This document shows, in pieces, positions 26,902 through 35,629 of a stretch of 38,321 nt of DNA. The notes under the pieces are model-generated. The model was not told the DNA's origin. It worked only from the letters and a program-made list of their open reading frames with translations, and searched no databases. The position numbers and the translations under genes were made by a program. Source of the DNA: Candidatus Hydrogenedentota bacterium (GTDB lineage Bacteria > Hydrogenedentota > Hydrogenedentia > Hydrogenedentales > SLHB01); the NCBI GenBank assembly GCA_034408725.1, contig JAWXCN010000079.1, positions 1-38,321 of the forward strand. The letters run 5' to 3'. Numbering within the stretch: the first letter of the stretch is position 1; each line of letters opens with the position of its first letter.

Positions 26902-29109
26902 ATGTACGGAAAGCTGTGCCCGGTCCTGCTCATTCTGTGTGCCTTGAGTTCCGTGTCGGCGCACGCCGATGACACCAAAGGCGCCACCATTCCCAACCCG
27001 GTGATGTTCGTCACCCAGACCCCGTATGCGGCGGACTTCGCGATGCTCAACTCGACCTTCGCGAACCATCGCGGCAACTCCGGGTCCGCGCCACGCGGCG
27101 GCGACCTCTACATACGCTATCCGAATGGGCAGCTCCGCAACCTCACGAAGGAGTTGGGATTCGGGATCAAAAAGAAGAAACAGATTGCGGTACGCGATCC
27201 CTACATCCATTGGTCCGGCACAAAGGCGCTATTCAGCATGGTCATCGGCGGGGTGACGAAAGACGACTACGATCCGGTGTATTTCAAAATATATGAGATC
27301 AGCGGCATAGGCCAGGGCGAAACCGCGGCCATCACGAAATTGAAGCAACCGGCGGATTTCAACAATGTAGCGCCCTGCTACTCCACGGACGACCGCATAA
27401 TCTTTACCACAGACCGACCACGAAACGGTGACCGCAATCTCTATCCGCAACTGGATGAATACGAGTCCACACCCACCGTATCTGGTCTTTGGATTATGAA
27501 TGCGGATGGTGCCGGATTGCAGTTGCTGGACCATGCGCCCTCGGGCGATTTCGATCCGTTTGTCGACAGCTTTGGCCGCGTCGTGTTCACGCGCTGGGAC
27601 CATTTGCAACGCGACCAGCAGGCCGATTCTGATATCTACGCAATAATACGCGGCCAGGAGACCTCTTACGATGTCGTCACCTACGAATCGGAGGACTCGA
27701 ATCAGAAACACGATCTCGCACCGGGCGATGAAGTGTTTCCCGAAGCGCGCGGCATTCACGGCGAAGGCGGACCCGACGCGTTATGGGACGATCTACAAGA
27801 TACCGAGAATGGTCACACTTTCAATCATTTCCTGCCGTGGATGATCAATGAAGACGGCTCAGACCACGAGACCCTGAGCCATGTGGGCCGTCTCGAACTC
27901 GCGCGCTACATTGCGGCAGCGCGCAATTACTTGCCGGAGGCGTATGCGTTTTCGACGCCGCGTATCGAGAATTTCTTCCAGCTTACGGAAGACCCAACGA
28001 GCCCTGGACGCTATTTCGGAACGAACGCGCCGGAATTCTCGACGCATGCCGCGGGCCAAATCATCCGGCTCGATGCGCCGCCCGGCAAAAACCCCGATTC
28101 GATGGCCGTAAAATACATCACGCACAAAAACACCGGCAGTTATATCGGCGATGACGATCAGCCGGATGCTACCCGCCCAGGATTATTTCGCGATCCGATG
28201 CCGATGACCGACGGTGGCGTTTGGGCAGCGCACAGCACGAGCCCATACGCTGATGATGAAACACTCACCGATCCCGGTTACCCGAATCCCTATACCTACA
28301 GCAGCCGCTACGATTTTGCCATTCGCAAACTGGACAAAACCGGACCCAACAAAAGTTTTGTGCCCGGCGCGCGCCTGAACCCCGGCGGAATCACGGGAAA
28401 CGTGGATTATTTCGAAAACAACGGATACCGGAAAGTACGGTACAACGGCCCAATGTGGGAACTGCAACCGGTGGAAGTCGCTGAACGAAGCCGCCCCGAA
28501 GCACACGAAACGCCATTGCCCGATATCGAGGCAGATATATTGAGCGCGGAGTTGGGTGGCGCGAATGGAATCGAATCGTTGCGCGACTACCTCGTGCAGA
28601 ACAACCTTGCGCTGCTCATTGGCCGCGATGTCACTATGCGCGGCGATGAACAGCAGGATTTCAACCTCAAAGTTGCATGGAGCGATCACGAACACGCCGA
28701 AACTGGATCAACCCCCAAGGAAATCGGGTGGCTGCAATTCTTGTCCGGTGAGCAGGTTCGCGGCTATCGCTGGAACGGACGCCGCGTGCTTGGGCGTCCC
28801 ATGTCGGATGAATTGAATCCCGGTTATGTCGATGCTCCCGAAGGCGGGGTTAAAATCGCGGATGACGGTTCCATAGCGGCATTTGTGCCCGCGCAACGCG
28901 CAATGGCCTGGCAAACAACAGAAGCCGATGGCACGCCAGCGGTGCGCGAGCGGCTGTGGATAACTTTCAAGCCCGGCGAAATTCGAATGTGTACCAATTG
29001 TCACGGCATCAACACGACGGATGTCTTCGGCAATCCACCGCCAACAAACGCGCCGACGGCGTTGATAGATCTGCTAACGTGGTGGAAGAATTTGAAGGCT
29101 GGGGAGTGA
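26902..29109 (+). CDS. Secreted beta-propeller protein with a hydrazine synthase alpha (HzsA) middle-domain-like C-terminus and one c-type heme motif
   Basis: Signal peptide ending AHA; TolB-like repeats (VRDPYIHWSGTKALFSM, GLWIMNADG, GRVVFTRWDH); DGSIAAFVPAQRAMAWQ..ERLWITFKPGEIRMCTNCH (CxxCH). Confidence 0.75.
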   Translation: MYGKLCPVLLILCALSSVSAHADDTKGATIPNPVMFVTQTPYAADFAMLNSTFANHRGNSGSAPRGGDLYIRYPNGQLRNLTKELGFGIKKKKQIAVRDPYIHWSGTKALFSMVIGGVTKDDYDPVYFKIYEISGIGQGETAAITKLKQPADFNNVAPCYSTDDRIIFTTDRPRNGDRNLYPQLDEYESTPTVSGLWIMNADGAGLQLLDHAPSGDFDPFVDSFGRVVFTRWDHLQRDQQADSDIYAIIRGQETSYDVVTYESEDSNQKHDLAPGDEVFPEARGIHGEGGPDALWDDLQDTENGHTFNHFLPWMINEDGSDHETLSHVGRLELARYIAAARNYLPEAYAFSTPRIENFFQLTEDPTSPGRYFGTNAPEFSTHAAGQIIRLDAPPGKNPDSMAVKYITHKNTGSYIGDDDQPDATRPGLFRDPMPMTDGGVWAAHSTSPYADDETLTDPGYPNPYTYSSRYDFAIRKLDKTGPNKSFVPGARLNPGGITGNVDYFENNGYRKVRYNGPMWELQPVEVAERSRPEAHETPLPDIEADILSAELGGANGIESLRDYLVQNNLALLIGRDVTMRGDEQQDFNLKVAWSDHEHAETGSTPKEIGWLQFLSGEQVRGYRWNGRRVLGRPMSDELNPGYVDAPEGGVKIADDGSIAAFVPAQRAMAWQTTEADGTPAVRERLWITFKPGEIRMCTNCHGINTTDVFGNPPPTNAPTALIDLLTWWKNLKAGE

Positions 29110-29137
29110 AGTCGATTCCAGCACGAGTTCGTTGCGC

Positions 29138-29383
29138 ATAACAGCCCAAGCAACGCCTTGGGGCCGCCGCAGTCCAAATAATCTTCTTCCTAAAACGTCG
29201 TTTTGCGAGAAGGACTATTTGGACTGCGGTGGCGAAGCGGGTAGCGCAGACACCGCTTTGGCTGTTTATGAGCGACGGCTTTGTGCGCGCCCAACAAGGG
29301 TAGACCAACTGTGATAAACAGCCAAAGCGGCGCCTCGGGGGCCGCCGCAGTCCAAATAGGCTTCGTCCTAACTCGTTGTTTTG
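29138..29383. repeat. REP/BIME-like mosaic of three alternating units between convergent genes
   Basis: ..GGGGCCGCCGCAGTCCAAATA ending at 29180 and at 29358; inverted unit TATTTGGACTGCGGTGGC..CCGCTTTGGCTGTTTAT at 29216-29269, pairing with ATAAACAGCCAAAGCGG at 29314. Confidence 0.85.
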
Positions 29384-29397
29384 GATAATTGATCGCG

Positions 29398-30495
29398 TTA
29401 CATCTCGCCCAAAATTCCGCCGCGCATTTGCGCGAGCGTAATGCCTTGGAGCATGAGGCTAAGTTGCGCCGGATTATCCGAGACCTCCAGTGCAACGCTC
29501 TCCATGATTAGCTTCGCTTTCAGCAGCGCATACAAGCTGTCATTAAACGACTGACTGCCGTCTTCGCGGCCTTGTTGGATCGCGGTGGGGATTTTGTCGA
29601 GACGGTTTTCCTTGATCAACTTTTGCACACCCGGCGCGACAAACAACACTTCGCACGCCGGCACACGTCCCCCACCGGTTGCGCGCGGCAACAGACGCTG
29701 GCACACGATGGCCTTCAGGTTCATCGACAATTGAGAACGCACCTGGTCCTGTTGGTTCGTCGGAAACAGATCGACTATGCGGTCAACGGTTTGCATCGCA
29801 TCGGTCGTGTGCAATGTAGTGAAAACGAGGTGGCCGGTTTCCGTCGCGCTGATGGCCGCCTGAAACGTATCGAGGTCGCGCATTTCTCCCACGAGAATCA
29901 CGTCGGGATCCTGCCGCATGACCGCGCGCAATGCCGAGGTAAAGCTGGTCGTATCGATATGAATCTCGCGTTGATTGACCACCGACAATTTGTCGCGGTG
30001 CGTGTATTCGATCGGATCTTCGATTGTCACGATGTGGCATTTGCGCCGTTCGTTTATGTAATCGATGATCGCCGCAAGCGACGTGGATTTGCCGCTGCCC
30101 GTCGTGCCGGTAATCAGCACGAGCCCGCGCTGCAACCGCGTCAAACGTTCGATGGCCGGCGGAAGATGCAGTTCCTCGAAACTCGGCACAACGCTCTTAA
30201 TCCGGCGCAACACCATCGAGTTCGTTCCGCGCTGGTGAAAGATGTTCACGCGGAACCGGCCCAGCCGCTGGTGCGAATACGCCAGGTCTACTTCCCCGAC
30301 TTTATCGAGATGCTCGCGTTGCGCGGGATTCAGGAGCTCATCGATTATCGTGAGCACCTCGGCCGCACTCAGCTCCCGCCGCCGAGGCACGAGTTCTCCG
30401 TCAATCCGGAAATACGGCGGGCCATCTGACTTGATGTGGACGTCCGATGCGTCCTTGTCAATGGCCCGCTGTAATAACTGCTCGATAAGGCTCAC
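29398..30495 (-). CDS. pilT: PilT/PilU-family type IV pilus retraction ATPase
   Basis: ASDVHI; Walker A GTTGSGKST; TIEDPIEY; PDVILVGEMRD; TGHLVFTTLH. The AIRNLIRE position reads GVQKLIKE, so it may be a PilU/PilT2 paralogue. Confidence 0.9.
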   Translation of the reverse strand: MSLIEQLLQRAIDKDASDVHIKSDGPPYFRIDGELVPRRRELSAAEVLTIIDELLNPAQREHLDKVGEVDLAYSHQRLGRFRVNIFHQRGTNSMVLRRIKSVVPSFEELHLPPAIERLTRLQRGLVLITGTTGSGKSTSLAAIIDYINERRKCHIVTIEDPIEYTHRDKLSVVNQREIHIDTTSFTSALRAVMRQDPDVILVGEMRDLDTFQAAISATETGHLVFTTLHTTDAMQTVDRIVDLFPTNQQDQVRSQLSMNLKAIVCQRLLPRATGGGRVPACEVLFVAPGVQKLIKENRLDKIPTAIQQGREDGSQSFNDSLYALLKAKLIMESVALEVSDNPAQLSLMLQGITLAQMRGGILGEM

Positions 30496-31742
30496 GTCTT
30501 ACGCATCCTCTTTCGCATGAACGCGGGAATGCCCATGTCTTCCTCGGACTCCCGTTGCGGGAATGGGTACACACTGTCCGGCAAGCGCCCTTCTTCGTGC
30601 TGCGTGATGGGCTCGTCGGCGGTGAAATTGAAATGTTCCTGCTGCGCGACAATCGGGACTGTGCGAATCTCGCGCGGCAGCGCGGGCGGTTCCTGCATCA
30701 TGCGTGTAGGCTCGAATGTCTCATCCACCTCGAACGTCAGCGATATCGCGCCATCGAACTGCTGCGGACGCGGCATCATTGACTCATAGGGAAATCCCGC
30801 GGCAATAACGGTTACCTGAATTTCGGGTCTCGGATCGTCATCAATGATCGCGCCAAAAATAATATTCGCGCTCGGGTGGGCCGCCTTCTGCACCGTCGTG
30901 ACCGCTTCATGCACTTCGCGCATGCTCATGTCGCTTCCGCCCTTGATATTGACTATAACACCGATCGCGCCGTCGATGCTCGACTTCTCGAGCAACGGAC
31001 AGATGATGGCTTCCTGGGCGGCGCGCATGGCGCGTTTATCATCTTCGGCCGAGCCGATACCCATGAGCGCGCGTCCGCTCTTCGACATGATTGTCCGTAC
31101 ATCGGCGAAGTCGAGGTTTATAAGGCCAGGAAGCGTAATCAATTCGGAGATTGCGCGCACACCGTTGTGCAGCACTTCGTCCGCGAGACGGAACGCATTA
31201 AGGAAAGATACATTTTCGTGACACAGCAGGGACAACCGATCATTCGGCACCACAATCAAAGCGTCGACGTGGGGTTCGAGCGCAGCAAGACCTTTCAGCG
31301 CATTGTCCGTGCGCGCGTGGCCTTCAAACTGAAACGGCAGCGTGACAATTCCAACCGTCAGCGCGCCAGTCTCGCGCGCGACTTCGGCCACTATCGGCGT
31401 CGCTCCCGTGCCTGTTCCGCCACCAAGTCCTGCCGTGATAAAGATCATGTCCGCGCCGCGGAGCACGTCATTGATCCGTTCACGATCCTCGAGCGCCGCC
31501 TGTTGCCCCATCTCGGGCCTCGCACCTGCGCCAAGCCCGATATCACCGATCTGGAGCCTCGTGCCCGCGGGCGAATGTTTTAGCGCCTGCGCATCGGTGT
31601 TGATGGTGATGAACTCGACGTCTTTCATCCCCGCTTCAATCATCCGGCCGACGGCATTCCCGCCGCCGCCCCCGATGCCGCACACCTTGATTACTGCTTG
31701 CTGATCGAAGGAACTGAGTTCATCCGAGATTCGAATCGTCAT
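30492..31742 (-). CDS. ftsZ: Cell division protein FtsZ
   Basis: GIGGGGGNAV; NTDAQAL; GLGGGTGTG; PFQFEG; INLDFADV; C-terminal DMGIPAFMRK. Confidence 0.97.
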   Translation of the reverse strand: MTIRISDELSSFDQQAVIKVCGIGGGGGNAVGRMIEAGMKDVEFITINTDAQALKHSPAGTRLQIGDIGLGAGARPEMGQQAALEDRERINDVLRGADMIFITAGLGGGTGTGATPIVAEVARETGALTVGIVTLPFQFEGHARTDNALKGLAALEPHVDALIVVPNDRLSLLCHENVSFLNAFRLADEVLHNGVRAISELITLPGLINLDFADVRTIMSKSGRALMGIGSAEDDKRAMRAAQEAIICPLLEKSSIDGAIGVIVNIKGGSDMSMREVHEAVTTVQKAAHPSANIIFGAIIDDDPRPEIQVTVIAAGFPYESMMPRPQQFDGAISLTFEVDETFEPTRMMQEPPALPREIRTVPIVAQQEHFNFTADEPITQHEEGRLPDSVYPFPQRESEEDMGIPAFMRKRMRKT

Positions 31743-31801
31743 CGTTCTGTCTCCCCACCGTTCGTTGCGGGATTTCCCCGCGCCTCTCCGCTACTGTTGA
31801 A

Positions 31802-32593
31802 TTATTTACAGGCAAGGTCCTGTCCAAATCGTAAATCGAGATAGCTCGTACACGGTAAGTCCGCGCCGCGCTGTTGCCACAGCACGTCAAGATTGCGCGC
31901 CTGCTGGACGACGTCATCACGGCCCCACCGTATTTCAAACTGCAATTCGTCGCAGTACATGCGAATGTCGTTCGTCCCCACTGCCGCGATTTCCGACACG
32001 GTCACGTCCCGCGCCATCGAAGTTTCTGCGAAGGCCTGCCAAACTTCGATGGCCACGCGGAGCGGGGGCTGGGCAAGTTGCATGCCAGGCTCGACGGCGC
32101 CCACGTCCGCAACCTGCGAAATAAGCGGGCCCGTGTGTGGTTCAGCCACGTTCAACCTGCGAAGGACGTTCATTTCCGCGTCAACTTCGTACGGGTGATT
32201 GTGAACAAGCAGCGTTGCGATGGGATACCGTTCTTCGATGGAAATCGTCACCATGTCCGGCAACGTTCGCGTCACCGTGCAGGACTTCACATACGGCATC
32301 GCCTCCACACGATCGGCAACAACGCCGGAGCGGATAAAGATAACGTTGTCCTCGCTCGACACCCCAGAGGCTTCTACAATCCGGTCGGCGTTCAAAAGGT
32401 GCGCCCCTACAACCTGCACCGAATTGAGCTGAAAGTATCCGGAGACGAACACATATTGGTAAAGCCCGTTGGCCGCCGCGCCACTTGCCGAGGCGAATGC
32501 TATCGCCGTGAAAACCGTGCGCAAGCTGTGACGCCCGGATCGGCGCGTGTAGCCCCCGTGCATGGGACGAAGTGCGGCCGCGCGCGCCATCAC
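31802..32593 (-). CDS. ftsQ: Cell division protein FtsQ/DivIB
   Basis: N-terminal TM; POTRA domain (FQLNSVQVVG..MPYVKSCTVTRTLPDMVTISIEERYP); C-terminal YLDLRF; lies between murC and ftsZ. Confidence 0.88.
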   Translation of the reverse strand: MMARAAALRPMHGGYTRRSGRHSLRTVFTAIAFASASGAAANGLYQYVFVSGYFQLNSVQVVGAHLLNADRIVEASGVSSEDNVIFIRSGVVADRVEAMPYVKSCTVTRTLPDMVTISIEERYPIATLLVHNHPYEVDAEMNVLRRLNVAEPHTGPLISQVADVGAVEPGMQLAQPPLRVAIEVWQAFAETSMARDVTVSEIAAVGTNDIRMYCDELQFEIRWGRDDVVQQARNLDVLWQQRGADLPCTSYLDLRFGQDLACK

Positions 32594-34023
32594 AATTGTT
32601 CCAATGCGTCGAGCAAGGGCTGCCCGATCCGGTTGATGTTCCCCGCGCCGAGAATCAATACCACGTCGCCCGCGCCAAGCGTAGGCGCGAGCGCCGCGGG
32701 TACCGTGTGCAAATCGTTGATCAGTTCGACATGGTTCGCGCCGATTCGCCGTGCTTCGTCCACAATCAGGCCAGAATCCACGCCGGGCATCGGTTCTTCG
32801 CGTGATGGATAGATCGACGTTACGATTGCGCGATCGAACTTCGCCAATACAGACGCGAATTCGGAATAGAAAAATTTTGTGCGGCTGAACAAATGCGGCT
32901 GGAACACCGCGATGACGCGCCGCGGTTCAACCCAACGCACGGCTTCCAGCGTGCTCGCAATCTCCGTGGGATGATGCGCGTAATCCTCCACAACGGTGAT
33001 TCCATTTCGCTCGCCGCAAACCTGCAACCGTCGCTGCACGCCGTCGTAAAGTTTCAAGCCGTCGGCGATATGCGGAAACTTCATCCCCAAACATAAACCG
33101 ACGGTACATGCTGCAAGCGCATTTCGCACGTTGTGTTCGCCAATGGCATTCACCGTCAATACGCCAAGCCGCCCTCGCACGTGCAGGCGTTCATCGTTGC
33201 TGGTTACTTCAATCCGGGTCCGCAGGCGCGAAAGCTGTGCCGCCTTAGACGCTTTCGCGTCCGGCACGATGACCGTAGCTTTGCTGCCGTGCAGTCCCGC
33301 GCCATCTTCGGTCCCGTAGGTGATGCACACACTGTCGATTGCGCCATGAATCGCGCGAATATTCGCGTCGTCCCAACATACGATCGAAAATCCGTAGAAC
33401 GGGACCATATTGCAAAACTGAATGAACGCGCGCTGAATTTTGTCGAGCGTTCCGTAATACTCGAGGTGCTCCGCGTCGACATTCGTCACCACACTGATCG
33501 TCGGGTGTAGCCGCAAGAACGAGCCGTCGTGCTCATCGGCCTCAGCGACCAGAAAGTCTCCCGTACCCCAGCGCGCATTGGTTCCACTGCGATGCAAAAT
33601 GCCGCCGACGATACTCGTTGCGCCGATGTTGGCATGATCGAGTATTGCGCTGATCATTGATGTCGTCGTCGTTTTTCCATGGGTGCCGCCTACCGCAATG
33701 GCGTTCGGCTTCAACCGCATCAAATCGGCAAGGAGTTCGCTCCGCTGGATCACGGGGATTATTCGCTCGCGCGCGGCCACAACCTCCGGATTGTCGGCCT
33801 GTACCGCCGCCGAAATCACGAGAATTGCCGCATCCCCGACTTGCGAGGCGTCGTGTCCCTCGTGAAAGATTAATCCAAGATCCACAAGGCGCTCGGTAAT
33901 TTCGGAGGCAGCAAGATCGGACCCCGATACGTCATAGCCGAGATTCAGCAGAATCTCGGCCAGGCCGCTCATGCCGATGCCGCCTACGCCGACGAAATGG
34001 ATTTTCCGCTTGAGGCCGGTCAC
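32590..34023 (-). CDS. murC: UDP-N-acetylmuramate--L-alanine ligase
   Basis: IHFVGVGGIGMSGLA; GTHGKTTTT; VAEADEHDGSFL; HNVRNA; DYAHHPTEI; FQPHLFSRT; LGAGNI. Confidence 0.97.
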   Translation of the reverse strand: MTGLKRKIHFVGVGGIGMSGLAEILLNLGYDVSGSDLAASEITERLVDLGLIFHEGHDASQVGDAAILVISAAVQADNPEVVAARERIIPVIQRSELLADLMRLKPNAIAVGGTHGKTTTTSMISAILDHANIGATSIVGGILHRSGTNARWGTGDFLVAEADEHDGSFLRLHPTISVVTNVDAEHLEYYGTLDKIQRAFIQFCNMVPFYGFSIVCWDDANIRAIHGAIDSVCITYGTEDGAGLHGSKATVIVPDAKASKAAQLSRLRTRIEVTSNDERLHVRGRLGVLTVNAIGEHNVRNALAACTVGLCLGMKFPHIADGLKLYDGVQRRLQVCGERNGITVVEDYAHHPTEIASTLEAVRWVEPRRVIAVFQPHLFSRTKFFYSEFASVLAKFDRAIVTSIYPSREEPMPGVDSGLIVDEARRIGANHVELINDLHTVPAALAPTLGAGDVVLILGAGNINRIGQPLLDALEQL

Positions 34024-34036
34024 CTACTCATTCTCC

Positions 34037-34052
34037 CCACAATATATAGTAG
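34037..34052. promoter_or_regulatory. NrdR-box-like operator 1
   Basis: CCACAATATATAGTAG matches 13/16 of acaCwAtATaTwGtgt; lies between a TATACT -10 (34066-34061, minus strand) and the murC SD. Confidence 0.6.
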
Positions 34053-34108
34053 ACCCGTCAAGTATACACAAAGACCGGATACAATGAAAGGGGGTTATGT
34101 AGGACAAA

Positions 34109-34124
34109 ATACTATATTTTGTGG
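34109..34124. promoter_or_regulatory. NrdR-box-like operator 2
   Basis: ATACTATATTTTGTGG matches 13/16 of the same consensus; starts 72 bp from box 1. Confidence 0.55.
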
Positions 34125-34280
34125 CAACTGATGGGGACTCTTGTAGAGGGTATACACAGAGGTAATCTGGTTTATCGTAGTTTTATTCGCGCTATCCTTG
34201 CGGCTCTCGGCCTGTAGAAAACGCATCGCGCTCGGGGTATACTCTCGCAATTCCACAAGCGCAGAAGGGGACTTTTCGCC

Positions 34281-35111
34281 ATGACCTATGAACAACTCCA
34301 ATACGACATTAGCGATGCCATCGCCACTATCACCCTAAACCGCCCCGACAAACTCAATGCGTGGACGTTTCGCATGGAGGCCGAATACCGGCACGCGATG
34401 GCCGATGCCGATGCGCGCGAGGACGTGCGCGCTATCATCGTGACGGGCGCGGGCCGCGGATTCTGCGCCGGCGCGGACATGAGCCTGCTCACCAGCGTAA
34501 TGGGCGGAGACGTTGATACGTCTGACGTTGTCGCCGAAGGGTCTGTATCACCCGGCCGCACGGCGGACACGCCAGAGGATTTCACGAAGCAATATTCGTT
34601 TCCCCCGGCCATCGGCAAGCCGATCATCGCGGCAATTAATGGTCACGCGATGGGCCTCGGTCTCGTTCACACGCTCTACTGTGATTTCCGCTTCGCCGGA
34701 GACAAGGCAAAATTCGGGACAGCGTTCGCCCAACGCGGTCTGATCGCCGAATACGGCATCGCGTGGTTGTTGCCGAGGATCGTCGGCATCGAGAACGCCG
34801 CGGACCTGCTTTACACCGCCCGCATCATAGACGCCGCGGAAGCGCATCGAATGGGCCTAGTTAGCCGCGTCATTCCACAGGACGATCTGCTTTCCGCCAC
34901 GCGCGCATTCGCGACACAACTGGTGACCCTGTCGTCGCCGCGATCACTGCGCGTAATGAAACGGCAGATATGGCACGGCCTCTTCAACCGGCTGGGAGCG
35001 AGCGTGGACCTTGCCGCCGATGAAATGATGGAGAGCTTCGCCTCCGAAGACTTCCGCGAAGGTGTGTCGTCGTTCCTGGAAAAACGTCCGCCGCAGTTCA
35101 CCGGCAGCTAA
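34281..35111 (+). CDS. Enoyl-CoA hydratase/isomerase (crotonase) family protein
   Basis: LNRPDKLNA; TGAGRGFCAGADM; KPIIAAINGHAMGLG; GLIAEYG; SEDFREGVSSFLEKRPPQF. Confidence 0.93.
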   Translation: MTYEQLQYDISDAIATITLNRPDKLNAWTFRMEAEYRHAMADADAREDVRAIIVTGAGRGFCAGADMSLLTSVMGGDVDTSDVVAEGSVSPGRTADTPEDFTKQYSFPPAIGKPIIAAINGHAMGLGLVHTLYCDFRFAGDKAKFGTAFAQRGLIAEYGIAWLLPRIVGIENAADLLYTARIIDAAEAHRMGLVSRVIPQDDLLSATRAFATQLVTLSSPRSLRVMKRQIWHGLFNRLGASVDLAADEMMESFASEDFREGVSSFLEKRPPQFTGS

Positions 35112-35114
35112 CGT

Positions 35115-35543
35115 TTACTTCGCCAACCAATCGCGAAGCATACGCTCGACTTCCTCGGCGTGCCCACTTTCGTCGCGCACCATGTCCTCGAGCTGTACGA
35201 CGAGACCCTTGTCGCCGAGTTCTTCCGCCTGCCGCGCGCGCAACGAATAGTCGGCTACCGCTTTGCGCTCAGCCTTCATGATTTCTTCAAGCATTTCATG
35301 GTTGGTATGCGCGGAAGGAACGGGCCGGGGAACCGTCACGGGTTCGCCGCCATACGCGACAACCTTGTTCGCCAAAAACTGTGCGTGAATCTGTTCATCC
35401 CCGACTTCCTGCAAGTAGAACTGAGACAACTGCGGACGGTACGGTCCAGTGGCCTTCGCCGCATACGTGAGATACTGAATAATGGCGCCCAACTCCCCCG
35501 CCAAGTCTTCGTTCAAGAGCTTAACCATTTCTTTCTTGTCCAT
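35115..35543 (-). CDS. Ferritin-like (bacterioferritin-related) protein
   Basis: LNEDLAGELGAIIQY; DEQIHA; GGEP; AERKAVADY; DESGHAE (ferroxidase-type ExxH pairs); SD GGAAGGA before ATG 35543. Confidence 0.85.
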   Translation of the reverse strand: MDKKEMVKLLNEDLAGELGAIIQYLTYAAKATGPYRPQLSQFYLQEVGDEQIHAQFLANKVVAYGGEPVTVPRPVPSAHTNHEMLEEIMKAERKAVADYSLRARQAEELGDKGLVVQLEDMVRDESGHAEEVERMLRDWLAK

Positions 35544-35629
35544 GTCATCCAATTCCTTCCTGTGTGTCAACCGCTACCTGACACGTAACAATTTCCGGGG
35601 CGATTTTGTTCTCCAGGTATGCGCCCTCT

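Noticed and set aside
26902..29109. Anammox capability
   Set aside because: No hzsB, hzsC or hydrazine dehydrogenase nearby, and only one heme motif.
29572..32812. Long plus-strand ORFs antisense to pilT, ftsZ and ftsQ (29572..30429, 30876..31583, 31874..32812)
   Set aside because: Typical stop-poor antisense frames of conserved GC-rich genes.
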